Part shown: positions 1 to 10,239 of the stretch, in pieces
Layout of the letters: each line of letters begins with the position of its first letter
How positions within the stretch are numbered: position 1 is the stretch's first letter
Origin: an uncultured Fibrobacterota bacterium
Lineage (GTDB): Bacteria; Fibrobacterota; Chitinivibrionia; Chitinivibrionales; FEN-1185
Assembly (NCBI GenBank): GCA_963753345.1
Contig: CAVWBU010000040.1
Location: 29,117-93,116 of the forward strand
Length of the DNA: 64,000 nt
Direction of reading: 5' to 3'
Program-made: the position numbers and the translations under genes
The notes under the pieces: generated by a model
Told to the model about the DNA's origin: nothing
Databases searched by the model: none
Seen by the model: the letters and a program-made list of their open reading frames with translations, nothing else

Positions 1-2
1 CT

Positions 3-77
3 TTGAAGGATGCGGCCGCGGCACATTCAGCGGTCATGGAGAAAGGCGCACATGGAAAGATAATCCTCGTTCCCTAA
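3..77 (+). CDS. 3' end of NADPH:quinone reductase / MDR-family oxidoreductase (partial)
   Basis: Reads LKDAAAAHSAVMEKGAHGKIILVP*, the typical MDR/zeta-crystallin C-terminus; truncated by the window edge. Confidence 0.75.
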   Translation: MKDAAAAHSAVMEKGAHGKIILVP

Positions 78-155
78 TCAGACAAAGCGGAAAACCGGCC
101 CCGTTTCATACGCCGGAGTGTTTTGTATTGTCATCCCGACGCAATAACGGTGGTA

Positions 156-347
156 TTAGTCAACCACTGTTATTGCATCGACTGGACAGCTCTCGGCAGC
201 CTCCCTGCATAGTGGTTCCTGGTCGCCCGGAACAGGTCCGGTAAGAGCTGTTGCGAAGCCGTCGTCGCCCATGGAAAAAACTAAAGGACAAATCTGAGCG
301 CACATTTCGCATCCCACACACAGGTCCTTATTTACAGTTGCCGTCAT
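156..347 (-). CDS. Single-cluster ferredoxin
   Basis: 63 aa with CVGCEMCAQICP and distal CPVDAI. Confidence 0.9.
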   Translation of the reverse strand: MTATVNKDLCVGCEMCAQICPLVFSMGDDGFATALTGPVPGDQEPLCREAAESCPVDAITVVD

Positions 348-403
348 GATACACCTTTCCTTATGTTGGGTTTATCAACCACATTGCAGCAATAGGAAGC
401 GCT

Positions 404-760
404 ATGCCTGATCTTCCGCGATCGTTTGAAGAACTCATATTCACCTCCGACAAGCCGGTCCTGGTGGATTTCTGGGCGGAGTGGTGCATGCCATGCCGCA
501 TTGTGAGCCCCACCATCGAACAGATTGCCAAAGAATATTCAGGTCGTCTCATTACGGTAAAAGTGAATGTGGACGAGAAGCAGCTCATTGCAGTCAGGTA
601 TCAGATCGCAAGCATCCCTTCGGTTATGATGTTCTGGAAAGGTCAGCCTTTGTTCCGTATCGTAGGAGTTCAGCCTGCCGACGAAATCAGACGCAAGATT
701 GAAGAGCATTGGCCCGCCGGCCATCCTGACAAACCGGACGAATCCGCAACCACTTTGTAA
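404..760 (+). CDS. trxA: Thioredoxin
   Basis: VLVDFWAEWCMPC active site; KVNVDE; SIP motif. Confidence 0.93.
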   Translation: MPDLPRSFEELIFTSDKPVLVDFWAEWCMPCRIVSPTIEQIAKEYSGRLITVKVNVDEKQLIAVRYQIASIPSVMMFWKGQPLFRIVGVQPADEIRRKIEEHWPAGHPDKPDESATTL

Positions 761-789
761 ATTCCTTCGACAAGGTTGCAGGTGAGCCA

Positions 790-1770
790 TTAGTCGGCGA
801 GGCCTTTTTCAAGGAGCCACCGCTCCGCATCCGTCGCCGCCATGCACCCGCTGCCTGATGCTGTTATTGCCTGCCGGTATTTCCTGTCCGTCACATCCCC
901 GGCTGCAAAAACTCCGTCAACCGAGGTGAGAGATGTTCCCGGCTTGGTCCGTACATGCCCGGATTCCTCCATTCTCACCTGGTTTCCAAGAAATGCAGTG
1001 TTCGGAAGCTGACCGATCGCCTCAAATGCGCCGTTTACTTCCAGAACTTGCGTGTTTCCCGTTGTTTCATCCTTGAGCAGCACGCTGGAGAGAACTTCAT
1101 CACCGCGGAATTCCACAACGCTCTTGTTCCAGAGGATCTCGACCTTGGGATGGCCAGCAACACGTTGTTGCATTATTCTGCTGGCCGTGAGCTGGCTCCT
1201 TCGATGAACGATAAAAACCTTTGACCCGAATTGGCAGAGATGGAGCGCGCTCTCGGCAGCGGTGTCTCCCCCTCCGATAACGGCAAGAAGTTTGTTCCGG
1301 AAGATGGGCAGGGCGCCGTCGCATATTGCGCATGCCGAAACTCCTCTCCCCCAGAATCTTTGTTCCGATTCCAACGGCAACCGTCTGGCTGCAGCGCCGG
1401 TGGCAATTATGACAGAATGCGTCTCAATGCGTTCCTTGTTTGAGCAGGTGAGAACAAAAGGCCGCGACTGCAGGTTTGCTTCGACCACATCGGCGGCAAT
1501 GACGCGCAGGCCGAACATCTGAACGTGTTCCCGCATCAATCGTATGAGCTCCGGGCCTTCCACGCCATTGGGAAAAGCAGGAAAATTTTCCACATGATTT
1601 GCTATCATGAGCTGACCGCCGGCAATTCCTCCGCTCTGCGCCCCCTCGACGAGCAGCGGAGCGATATTCGCGCGCGCCGCATAGAGGGCCGCGGTCAGTC
1701 CTGCGGGACCCGACCCGACGATTACCAGTTTTTCCACCAGTGAACCCGCCTTATCCGATCGCCTGTACAC
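790..1770 (-). CDS. trxB: Thioredoxin-disulfide reductase
   Basis: GSGPAG FAD motif, CAIC redox pair, GGGDTA NADPH motif, GVFAAGD, RQAITA. Confidence 0.95.
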   Translation of the reverse strand: MYRRSDKAGSLVEKLVIVGSGPAGLTAALYAARANIAPLLVEGAQSGGIAGGQLMIANHVENFPAFPNGVEGPELIRLMREHVQMFGLRVIAADVVEANLQSRPFVLTCSNKERIETHSVIIATGAAARRLPLESEQRFWGRGVSACAICDGALPIFRNKLLAVIGGGDTAAESALHLCQFGSKVFIVHRRSQLTASRIMQQRVAGHPKVEILWNKSVVEFRGDEVLSSVLLKDETTGNTQVLEVNGAFEAIGQLPNTAFLGNQVRMEESGHVRTKPGTSLTSVDGVFAAGDVTDRKYRQAITASGSGCMAATDAERWLLEKGLAD

Positions 1771-1826
1771 CTGCCGATTTTATAATCAGTGAAGCGGTAT
1801 ACCCCTGCAATAGAGCTCTGTCAAGT

Positions 1827-2420
1827 TCACAAGGCTCCGACAAAGGTTACATGGGCAAAATCTTCTTCCAAGCCTCTGAGGTGTTCTCTCACCGCGTGCA
1901 TCTGTTCAATGAAAAGTCTTTGTATTCCCGAATCCTCTTCAAAGTCCGCCCGCCTGGAATACAATTCCAGTTCCTTCTGCTCTTTCTTTGAGATGAAAAT
2001 GAAAACCTCATTGATAGTGTTTACCGGTTTCATATCGCAATTGAGCATGTATTGCACGAACGGCGAAAGCACCGATTCTTCTCCCTCCGCGGATTCAGCG
2101 TCATTCATTCCGAGCGACATTCGCAGCTTCTGTTCCATCTCCCTTTTTCGCCCGGCCATATTCATCAATAAACTTTTTTGCGCAGTGCCCCGGATCATCC
2201 GTGCCATATTCTCATAACATGATCTTAACTGCTGGCACCGAAACAAAAAGAACTGGTAAAAGTCCCGGTGTTGCGCCTTTTCGATTGAAAATACCATTGC
2301 CTCGGTGACCGGATTCGCAGCCCCGAAATCGGTTCGGCTGTCGGCGTTTTTTTGCGGTTCAGCTTCGGTCATGAGTTGGCCCCGTATTCCGGAAGATCTG
2401 TCGTTCGGATTGGTCTGCAT
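1827..2420 (-). CDS. Ferritin/rubrerythrin-like helical protein (degenerate)
   Basis: Helical pattern KEQKELELYSRRA...IQRLFIEQMHAVREH resembles rubrerythrin-family C-terminal helices; start uncertain (2420 or 2372). Confidence 0.55.
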   Translation of the reverse strand: MQTNPNDRSSGIRGQLMTEAEPQKNADSRTDFGAANPVTEAMVFSIEKAQHRDFYQFFLFRCQQLRSCYENMARMIRGTAQKSLLMNMAGRKREMEQKLRMSLGMNDAESAEGEESVLSPFVQYMLNCDMKPVNTINEVFIFISKKEQKELELYSRRADFEEDSGIQRLFIEQMHAVREHLRGLEEDFAHVTFVGAL

Positions 2421-2484
2421 GCCAACTATTGCCTCGTCGGCGGTAACACGGTGACGCAAACATCTGCAACCGGATCCCATTTTG

Positions 2485-3129
2485 TCATAGACCCGCCGTC
2501 TGTTTCTTACCAACGGGTTTCTTGACCGTTCCAATGATTTTGCTTATTACCTTCCTGCCCTCTCTCATGGTGTAGTGGACATTGACAGATACATAATTCT
2601 TTATTTCGTTGAGCGTGGAAACCCTGTTGCCCGCTTTTATAATGGCGTTGCTGTCAATCGCAAAGGTGTCCTGTTGCTCAACCGCAGCCCTGATGATCAT
2701 GGCATCACCCTTGTTGTTGATGGATTGTATCACACCCTCGGTAACTATTGCATTTTCACCTCTCACAATGGGCGGTGGGCTTTCCCGCCATATCTGCTGA
2801 GGAATAATATGGGTGGCCACCTTTCTTCCTTCCTTGATGGCATATTGTACGCGAACAAGTGATTTGAGGACAAGATCCCTTACCGTCGTGTGCGGTTGTT
2901 CCGGCTTGATGACTGTTGTGCTGTCGATGCTGAGAGTATCTTCCTTTTCGATCTTCGCATTCAAGACGATTGACTTTCCATCCACATCAACAGACACGAT
3001 GCGTCCTTCCACGAGGACGGGGTTATCCTCTTGCGATTTAGGCACCGGTTGTGTTGCCTGGTTTTGCTCCGGCCAAGCCAGAAAAGTGAAAGATATGAGA
3101 ACAAGAATCGAAAGTTTATTCATTTTCAT
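2485..3129 (-). CDS. Exported protein with two tandem OB-fold-like (DUF5666-like) repeats
   Basis: Signal peptide; two similar units EG.I.S....DT..ID....IK....L...V.V.Y...EGRKV; GAGGAGG RBS upstream of 3129. Confidence 0.65.
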   Translation of the reverse strand: MKMNKLSILVLISFTFLAWPEQNQATQPVPKSQEDNPVLVEGRIVSVDVDGKSIVLNAKIEKEDTLSIDSTTVIKPEQPHTTVRDLVLKSLVRVQYAIKEGRKVATHIIPQQIWRESPPPIVRGENAIVTEGVIQSINNKGDAMIIRAAVEQQDTFAIDSNAIIKAGNRVSTLNEIKNYVSVNVHYTMREGRKVISKIIGTVKKPVGKKQTAGL

Positions 3130-3307
3130 AAGCCACATCCTCCTCTCTTGAAATTTTCGAACAATAGTGATCCCTGTCTCCTGCCGCAATCCGATAATGG
3201 GCATTAACGCCGATCATTCTAAATTGTGGATCCTTCCGATATAAATAGCAATAGGTGTTCCAATTTTTTTATCCGCGCTATTACGATAGCCGGTCGTTCC
3301 TGCCTGC

Positions 3308-3490
3308 ATTGAAGAACCCCGCAGCTAGCTGCAAGAAATCTTCCATCCCTATCGAAAGAGGCATACTTATAGTCGCTCGCTAACCCCGATGCAAGCTTCG
3401 AGGAAAAGGCAAACGACGCAATAACAGCCGCGCAACGCCACTTCCACACCTCAGGGAATGGAATGACAATGCGCTCGCTGTGGGATTCAA
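3308..3490 (+). repeat. Dispersed palindromic (MITE/REP-like) element, diverged copy C
   Basis: ATTGAAGAACCCCGC...CGCTAACCCCG...AATGCGC...TTCAA; shares ends and internal blocks with copies at 4081 and 38551. Confidence 0.7.
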
Positions 3491-3529
3491 ATAAGAAAAT
3501 TGGATCAAACCTGTGATTGTCCGCCAATT

Positions 3530-4069
3530 CTAAGTTACAGCTTCGTAAAAATCGGCCCTCACCACGGAAGAAGTTTCCTTGTGGTTGAGATACCAAATCT
3601 TTACGTCAAACAGAAACTCCTTGGCAAGGTCCGCAAGCATAAGGAGAATCGAATTGATTTGGATGTCTTTCTCCACCGTGGCATAATGGAGATAGAATTC
3701 CAACTCGTCGGCAGCCACCTCATGGACAGTTCGAAAAATATTTTCAAAATCCTCGCCAATTTCCATTGCCCCAAGCTGTTCATCCACATTTTGACGCGTA
3801 GAGAGCGGAGTCAGTTCGATTCCCTGGCTCCGGGCAATTTTATCTATTATCACGCGCTGAGCATCTTTCTTAACACCCATGTAAGAGTAGAAACCTCTGC
3901 TGACAACATCCTCCGCTCGGGCTCCTCTTTCTTCAAAGAAGACGACAGCCCCTGATGCACGCCTGGCCGCCAGGGTCAATATTCGGCAAAGTTGGAAATC
4001 ACTTTTGTTCTCTCTTTCCGCCATTGTCCTAGCGGATATGCTTCTGCTCAGGGTACCAATACCTTCCAT
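3530..4069 (-). CDS. Ferritin/rubrerythrin-like helical protein (degenerate)
   Basis: ELEFYLHYATVEKDIQINSILLMLAD resembles rubrerythrin helices; GGAGG RBS; sigma-54 site upstream. Confidence 0.55.
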   Translation of the reverse strand: MEGIGTLSRSISARTMAERENKSDFQLCRILTLAARRASGAVVFFEERGARAEDVVSRGFYSYMGVKKDAQRVIIDKIARSQGIELTPLSTRQNVDEQLGAMEIGEDFENIFRTVHEVAADELEFYLHYATVEKDIQINSILLMLADLAKEFLFDVKIWYLNHKETSSVVRADFYEAVT

Positions 4070-4080
4070 GCATTCCTCCA

Positions 4081-4240
4081 ATTGAAGAACCCCGCCCCAA
4101 GTGGCGGGGATTGGCCATGCGGTCGAAGCACGTCTGCGGCCTCTACTGCGTGGTCTTCCATAGCTAAGGAAATAGAATAATAAATATTCGCCCGCTAACC
4201 CCGCGCCAAGTCGCGGGGAATGCGCGGGCTGTGCTATTCA
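4081..4240 (+). repeat. Dispersed palindromic (MITE/REP-like) element, copy A with nested 42-bp insert
   Basis: Matches 38551-38668 except one substitution and an extra 4112-4153; two CCCCGC..GCGGGG hairpins. Confidence 0.9.
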
Positions 4241-4299
4241 AAGGTAGGAAAAATTTCCGTACTAATTTTTGAGCAATCCTGTAATATTGCCTAAGGGGT

Positions 4300-4314
4300 G
4301 CAACAACTATGCCA
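4300..4314 (-). promoter_or_regulatory. Sigma-54 -24/-12 promoter
   Basis: TGGCAT-AGTTG-TTGC on the minus strand, facing the 4069 gene. Confidence 0.75.
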
Positions 4315-4385
4315 GTACTATTCAGCTGAACAGCAATGGGGCGCCTGTTTTGTTTTGCAAAGAAAAATCAACTTGAACTGAATCC

Positions 4386-4423
4386 TTCTCAGTCTTGAGA
4401 ACCAGGGTTTCTATTTTTGAAAA
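4386..4423. promoter_or_regulatory. Tandem palindromic upstream activator sites
   Basis: TTCTCA-GTCT-TGAGAA (4386-4401) and TTTCTA-TTTT-TGAAAA (4408-4423), 22 bp apart, between divergent sigma-54 promoters. Confidence 0.6.
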
Positions 4424-4472
4424 AAGTGACCCCTGCCGCGATTTCAAATACAGCACCTGGCACACGACATCC

Positions 4473-4487
4473 TGGCACATTTATTGC
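4473..4487 (+). promoter_or_regulatory. Sigma-54 -24/-12 promoter
   Basis: TGGCAC-ATTTA-TTGC, consensus match. Confidence 0.8.
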
Positions 4488-4567
4488 CTTATCCCTATAA
4501 CAACGATTCCTGAACAGCCTGATTCCAGTCTCAGGCTAACCGTTGCCCCCAATGAGAGGAGAATAGA

Positions 4568-4807
4568 ATGATGTGCGATGGAAAGACGCAATGTCTTGCG
4601 TGCGCTCTCAATTCCACATGTCCTTCGACAACTCGCGTGTTTGTCAACTACTGCGGGAGCATGCCCCAATCGCTTAAGGAACAGCTCTATCGCGCTCGTA
4701 TCGATTGCAGAGTTCGCCGGCGCCACGAGAGGTATCACGGGTTACAGCATTCCATGCGTAACGCCTTTTGTAAATCAGAGCTTGCTTTGGCGGAAACTCA
4801 TTCTTGA
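4568..4807 (+). CDS. Small Cys-rich hypothetical protein
   Basis: GAGGAG RBS just upstream; sigma-54 promoter about 80 nt upstream; CDGKTQCLACALNSTC...YCG. Confidence 0.55.
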   Translation: MMCDGKTQCLACALNSTCPSTTRVFVNYCGSMPQSLKEQLYRARIDCRVRRRHERYHGLQHSMRNAFCKSELALAETHS

Positions 4808-4870
4808 ACACATGCATTCCAACAGAAGGTCGGCAAAAAAGATCCGGACATCAAAAAAAAGGGGCTCCGG

Positions 4871-5557
4871 TTGAACACCGATTGGAAGTCTGATGGCGCA
4901 CTCCCAGACGGGAAACAGGCGCTGCTGCTGGTTGACATCCAGAATGATTTCTGTCCGGGTGGAAATCTTGCCGTGCCAAAGGGTGATGAAATCATTCCGC
5001 GCTGTAATAATTATATAGAACTTTTCAGATCCTCACAATTGCCCATTTTTGCATCTCGCGACTGGCATCCGGAACAAACGGGACATTTCCATAAGTACGG
5101 CGGGATCTGGCCGTCGCATTGCCTCCAGAAAACCAGAGGCGCCGAATTCCATCCCGATCTGCAATTGCCTTCCGAGGCAATAATCATTTCCAAAGGCCGG
5201 GACCCCTGTGAGGATAGTTTTTCCGCATTTCAGGGAACCGATTCGAACGAGACAATGTTTCAAGAAGTCCTGGAAAAGATGGGGGTTGCCGAGATTTTTG
5301 TCGGAGGCCTGACAACGGACTTCTGCATCAAGCATACAGTGCTGGATGGCTTACACAAGGGTTATTCAATGAGGTTGCTTTCTGACGCCATGAAAGGAAT
5401 GAACATTTTCTTCTCTGATGATTCTTTCAGAGCAATGAAACTCATGGAACGCTACGGAGCGATAACTACCGAATTTGCGTTGGTAAAGGAGCTGCTCTCC
5501 GTCAGCGTTACCGAATTGCAGGACAGAAAGAACAACATGCAGGTGCTTTTCAAATGA
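4871..5557 (+). CDS. pncA: Nicotinamidase/pyrazinamidase (isochorismatase family)
   Basis: LLLVDIQNDFCPGG, SRDWHP, WPSHC, SKG, GLTTDFCI. Confidence 0.92.
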   Translation: MNTDWKSDGALPDGKQALLLVDIQNDFCPGGNLAVPKGDEIIPRCNNYIELFRSSQLPIFASRDWHPEQTGHFHKYGGIWPSHCLQKTRGAEFHPDLQLPSEAIIISKGRDPCEDSFSAFQGTDSNETMFQEVLEKMGVAEIFVGGLTTDFCIKHTVLDGLHKGYSMRLLSDAMKGMNIFFSDDSFRAMKLMERYGAITTEFALVKELLSVSVTELQDRKNNMQVLFK

Positions 5558-5639
5558 TTGTAATTACCTTAGCATGGACGAATCGTGTGTTTCAGGCCAG
5601 AGCCAATAACGGTTCGGGTACAGCCTTTAACCTACACCA

Positions 5640-6971
5640 TCATATGCTGCTCATGTTGGCAAGTTTCCTGTAAAGCGATGAAAGGGAAATGCCGAGAACT
5701 TCGCAGGCTTTGTACTTGTCCCCTGCGCAATGTTCAAGCACTTTCTTGATGTGCGTTTTTTCCATTTCCTCAAGATTTAAAACCGGTGATCCATCCCCGC
5801 TTCGGGAATTGACAACAGGGACGGCGCCAAGGCCCGGGAAATGGACAGAGGTAATTTCACGGCCTCTCGCGAGCAGCGTGGCCCTTTCGAGCATGTTCCT
5901 GAGCTCCCGTATGTTTCCCGGCCACGCATAATCGGTGAGGAGTTGAATTACGTTGTTTGACAATGGCAAAAAAGTATAATCGAAGCTCTTGAGAAGCTGC
6001 TCGCACAAACCGGGTATGTCCTCTTTTCTTTCACGCAATGCCGGCAAGCGGATGGGGAAAACGCAAATACGATAGTACAGATCGTTCCTGAACCTCCCGT
6101 TTTCCGTTTCCTTGAGCAGGTCACGGTTTGTCGCACATATCAATCTGAAATCGCTTCTCCTGAGGTTGTTTTCGCCAATCCTCCTAAACGACTTCTCTTC
6201 TATGGTCTTGAGCAACTGTGTTTGAACCTCCAAATCCATGTCCCCGATTTCATCGAGAAACAAGGTCCCTCCGTCGGCCACTTCAATCAGACCTTCCCTG
6301 TCTTTGATGGAGGAGGTAAACGCCCCCTTGACGTGGCCGAACAGCTCGCTCCGCAGAAGCTCTCCTTTCAGGCTGGAACAATTCAGTTCGACAAATGCCT
6401 CCGATTTCCTATCGCTCTGATGGTGAATCCACCTGGCAAGAACACCCTTACCGGTGCCCGTTTCGCCCAAAATCAGCACCACCGTATCGTTGGCTGCGGC
6501 GACGGCCGAGTGTTCCATCACCTCGGCTATAGCCGGGCTGGACCCGAAAAACGGAGTATCCGGCTTTACAAGACGGTCCTGAACAATTGCCATTTTGCGA
6601 AGTGAGCCGATTTCGAGGGACTTCTGCAAAGAGGCAAGAAGATCCGTCATCTCGACCGGTTTGGTAAGAAAGTCCTCAGCACCGTTCTTTGTGGCCTTTA
6701 CCGCAGTTGGAATGTCGCCGCTTCCGGTGATGACAATGACCGGAAGGTGAGGATGTCCCTGTTTCAATTCCGGCAGCCAATCGAGCGCATAGCCGTCCGG
6801 CAATTTCAAATCGAGCACGATCGCGTCGAAATGGTTTGCCGCCACGGCGTTTTTTGCATCCGCAAGATTGGCCGTGCTGTGAGTCGTAAATCCATTTTTC
6901 GCAAGGTACCGTTCATAGCCGAACAAGGCGGCTTCGTCATCATCAACAAGAAGGAGCTTGGGGGTTCTCAT
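5640..6971 (-). CDS. Sigma-54-dependent response regulator (NtrC family; REC-AAA+-Fis HTH)
   Basis: LLVDDD receiver; [20 protein letters not shown] (GAFTGA variant); [17 protein letters not shown]-terminal HTH. Confidence 0.95.
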   Translation of the reverse strand: MRTPKLLLVDDDEAALFGYERYLAKNGFTTHSTANLADAKNAVAANHFDAIVLDLKLPDGYALDWLPELKQGHPHLPVIVITGSGDIPTAVKATKNGAEDFLTKPVEMTDLLASLQKSLEIGSLRKMAIVQDRLVKPDTPFFGSSPAIAEVMEHSAVAAANDTVVLILGETGTGKGVLARWIHHQSDRKSEAFVELNCSSLKGELLRSELFGHVKGAFTSSIKDREGLIEVADGGTLFLDEIGDMDLEVQTQLLKTIEEKSFRRIGENNLRRSDFRLICATNRDLLKETENGRFRNDLYYRICVFPIRLPALRERKEDIPGLCEQLLKSFDYTFLPLSNNVIQLLTDYAWPGNIRELRNMLERATLLARGREITSVHFPGLGAVPVVNSRSGDGSPVLNLEEMEKTHIKKVLEHCAGDKYKACEVLGISLSSLYRKLANMSSI

Positions 6972-7101
6972 AAAGTTTTTAGCTCCACGAAAAGATGGTA
7001 AGGAAGAATAGAGCGATATTCCGGATTCTAAAAATCATTCCCCTTATGCTACTCACGTGATAAAATACTTTTGCTTCATAAGCTTCTTGCAAACAAACGA
7101 T

Positions 7102-7116
7102 CGGCATTTTCTTTGC
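7102..7116 (+). promoter_or_regulatory. Sigma-54-like -24/-12 element
   Basis: CGGCAT-TTTCT-TTGC; about 350 nt upstream of pirin, target unclear. Confidence 0.4.
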
Positions 7117-7210
7117 GGTCAATGTCCAAGGGCGTACCGACCGGAGCACGCACAGGTAACGCAAAGGGCTCTGCTATGGCCCGTATCTTGAATGCAATAG
7201 AATGACAACT

Positions 7211-7225
7211 GCAATACCTGTGCCG
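7211..7225 (-). promoter_or_regulatory. Sigma-54 -24/-12 promoter for the response regulator gene
   Basis: CGGCAC-AGGTA-TTGC on the minus strand; palindrome TTCCCG-GAAT-TGCGAA at 7353-7368 upstream. Confidence 0.65.
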
Positions 7226-7421
7226 CACCTCAATGCCCAAGGCGGCCTTTTCCTCAATTCCTCCCGAACAGGCGTGAGCTGAAGAATATCACAAACAGTC
7301 CTCTTCGGCCAATAATGCCATATTCCCGCTCTTTTCGCAAAAAGGATAGGAATTCCCGGAATTGCGAACAGATAGACAATAGCGATCACATGCCGCACTA
7401 CTTTATCCGGTGAGGTCTGAT

Positions 7422-7436
7422 TGGCATGACTTTTGT
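7422..7436 (+). promoter_or_regulatory. Possible sigma-54 promoter for pirin-osmC
   Basis: TGGCAT-GACTT-TTGT, one mismatch at -12. Confidence 0.4.
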
Positions 7437-7467
7437 GTCTCTCATTCAATCAACCGAAAGGTTTGCT

Positions 7468-8397
7468 GTGCCAAAATTCCGACAAGTGAAAAAAGTCATT
7501 CGGAGCAAGCCGACCCTTGAGGGCGCAGGGGTGCATCTGAAGAGAGCGTTCGGCAATGGCCATGTCCCGCAATTAGACCCCTTTCTCCTCTTGGATGACT
7601 TTCATTCAAGCAACCCGGAGGACTATGTCAAAGGTTTTCCCTGGCACCCACACAGGGGAATAGAGACGATAACCTACGTCTTGCACGGCGAAGTCAGGCA
7701 CGGGGACAGCATGGGAAACAACGGTGTGATTTCATCAGGCGATATCCAATGGATGACAGCCGGGAGCGGAATCATTCACCAGGAAATGCCGAAAGGCGCT
7801 GCCGACGGCCTCATGTGGGGATTCCAACTCTGGGCCAATCTCCCTGCCTCCCACAAAATGATGAAACCCCGCTATCGCGGCATCCTTGGAAGTCAGATTC
7901 CTGAAGTCACTCTCAATGATAATGTGCGGATCAGAATTATCTGCGGCACCGTGAACAACGTTTCCGGTCCTGTAAAGGACATCGTGACCGAGCCGGAGTA
8001 CCTTGACATTTTTGTTCCTGCCCAGACCGAGTTTTCGCACCCTGTGAAGAGCGGGCGCGCCGCATTTGCCTATGTCATAGAAGGCGGCGGTTTTTTCGAT
8101 CATGACAAGGACCCATACCGCATCGACATTGAGGGCAGCAATTACTTCGACATGGCGAGAGAGCCCGCACTTCGTCCCGAATCGCTTGCGCTGTTCGGTG
8201 ATGGAGACGCAATTTCCGTTTCCACGGGAAACGAGTCCGTCCGGTTCCTGATGGTTTCGGGTAATCCCATCGGCGAACCGGTCGCCTGGTACGGTCCGAT
8301 CGTCATGAACAGCCTGGAAGAACTCAGGACCGCGTTTCAAGAATACCACAGCGGCACGTTTCTGAGGCACGGGGCGATGCCGGACGGCGTTACGTGA
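7468..8397 (+). CDS. Pirin family protein
   Basis: LDPFLLLD, GFPWHPHRGIETITY, WMTAGSGIIHQE, FQLWANLP, YGPIVMN; GTG start after GAAAGG. Confidence 0.95.
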   Translation: MPKFRQVKKVIRSKPTLEGAGVHLKRAFGNGHVPQLDPFLLLDDFHSSNPEDYVKGFPWHPHRGIETITYVLHGEVRHGDSMGNNGVISSGDIQWMTAGSGIIHQEMPKGAADGLMWGFQLWANLPASHKMMKPRYRGILGSQIPEVTLNDNVRIRIICGTVNNVSGPVKDIVTEPEYLDIFVPAQTEFSHPVKSGRAAFAYVIEGGGFFDHDKDPYRIDIEGSNYFDMAREPALRPESLALFGDGDAISVSTGNESVRFLMVSGNPIGEPVAWYGPIVMNSLEELRTAFQEYHSGTFLRHGAMPDGVT

Positions 8398-8479
8398 AGA
8401 ACCCCGAGGGTTTTTCTATCCCCAGGGAAAAAGAACACGTTCATCGTCATCACATTGACATATAGGAAAGGAGTACCAT

Positions 8480-8917
8480 ATGCCTATTCGAACCGGTGAA
8501 GCACTATGGGAAGGCACCCTTACAAAGGGCTTTGGTGAACTGAAAACGGGAACTGGATCGGTAAAGGCCTCCTACTCTTTCTCATCCCGCTTTGAGTCCG
8601 GACCCGGGACAAACCCTGAGGAACTAATCGCCGCGGCGCACGCCGGCTGTTTTTCAATGGCATTTGCCGGGATACTCGAACAGGCGGGTTTTGCGCCCAT
8701 AACAATAAGAACTGTTGCGCAAGTGGCAATCGAAAAGGACGGGCAGGGGTTCTCAATCACCTCGATAAAACTCGTGACGGAAGCAGAAGTGCCCGGGATA
8801 AGCAACACAACATTCAACGAAAAAGCCGAGGCCGCCAGGGCCGGATGTCCGGTGTCGAAGGCGCTTGCCGGAACAAACATCACGGTACAAGCACGGTTGC
8901 TCCCGTCGCCGAAGTAA
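8480..8917 (+). CDS. osmC: OsmC peroxiredoxin
   Basis: SRFE..GTNPEELIAAAHAGCFSMA and CPVSKAL. Confidence 0.93.
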   Translation: MPIRTGEALWEGTLTKGFGELKTGTGSVKASYSFSSRFESGPGTNPEELIAAAHAGCFSMAFAGILEQAGFAPITIRTVAQVAIEKDGQGFSITSIKLVTEAEVPGISNTTFNEKAEAARAGCPVSKALAGTNITVQARLLPSPK

Positions 8918-8941
8918 ACATTTTCAGAAGGTATTGCCCTC

Positions 8942-10137
8942 ATGAATGGAAAGAAATACGATTACGTCATTGTCGGCGGCGGGCTTGCCGGAGCCTCCGC
9001 GGCGCAAGGAATACGTGAGGTCGACACAAAGGGTTCGGTGCTTCTTATCGGCAGCGAGCCCTGCCTTCCCTATCACCGTCCTCCATTGACAAAAGATCTT
9101 TGGTCCGGCAAGATGAAGCTGGAAGAAATCTTTGTCCAGAAGGAAGATTTTTATGCCGGTCGGAATATCGACGTGCGGCAAGGCGTCAAGGTTATTTCCC
9201 TGGACCCGGCTGCAAAATCGGTTACCGACAGCGATGGCAGGGAATTCCGCTTCAGGAAACTGCTTCTCGCAACAGGAGGCTCCCCGAACCGCCTTCGGAT
9301 TCCGGGAGGAGACCTTGATGGAGTCATCTACTACCGGTTTCTTGATGATTACCTGAATTTGAATCCCTTGGTCAAGGAAGGGAAATCCGTGGTCGTTATC
9401 GGAGGCGGATTCATAGGAACCGAGATTGCGGCAGCGCTCTGCCGGAGGAATCTCAGAATGACGATGGTGTTTCCCGAATTGTATCCCTGCAGGAGGATTT
9501 TTCCCGACTATTTAGGCATGCACATCCTTGAGGAATATCGGAACCGCGGGATTACGGTCCTCGCGGACGATGCGCCCATCGAGATTGAAAAAACAACTGT
9601 CTTTTTCGCATCAAGACCAGAAAGGGACAGACGCTCGATACCGACTTCGTCATCGCCGGGATTGGAATAAGTCCATCGGCCGAGCTGGCGCAAAACGCCG
9701 GTCATCGCCGTCGGGGACGGCATCACCGTCAACTCTTTTTTGCAAACCTCACATCCGGACATTTATGCCGCGGGGGACAATGCGCAATTCACGGAACAGC
9801 GGTTCATGACCGCCGTGCGGGTCGAACACTGGGACAATGCCCTCAACCAGGGAAAATGCGCGGGAAGAAACATGGCCGGAGCCCGAGGAGCCTTACGCCT
9901 ACATGTCCTACTTTTTTCTCAGACCTGTTTGACTTCGGATATGAGGCGGTAGGCAGAATCGACAGCCGTCTGGAGACCCGTGCAGATTGGCAGAAAGAAA
10001 ATGAGAAGGGAATTGTCTACTATCTGAAGGACGGCGTGATCCATGGCGTGCTCATGTGCAACGTATGGGGAAAGGTGGATGCCGCCCGCATCTCGATACA
10101 GAATAACGTACCTCTCGCGCAGGCAGACCTTCGATAA
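8942..10137 (+). pseudogene. FAD/NAD(P)-dependent ferredoxin/rubredoxin-reductase-like oxidoreductase with about 4 frameshifts (pseudogene or assembly errors)
   Basis: GGGLAG, PYHRPPL, ATGG, GGGFIG, then in other frames IAGIG, TSHPDIYAAGD, RVEHWDNA, FFSDLFD; shifts near 9588-9593, 9702, 9882-9884 and 9912-9917. Confidence 0.85.
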
Positions 10138-10239
10138 CCGGTGTGATTTGCCTGTGTGTTATTCGCTCTTAAGGGAGCCTCGCGAACAACGCCGGAAGTC
10201 GTCTCAACCATTAATGCAGTTCCGCGGCTGGCCATCTTC

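Noticed and set aside
3219-3596. ORFs 3219-3596 and 3992-4180, and the 5' parts of 38592-39272 and 38659-38955
   Set aside because: They overlap the dispersed palindromic element or real genes and are likely spurious
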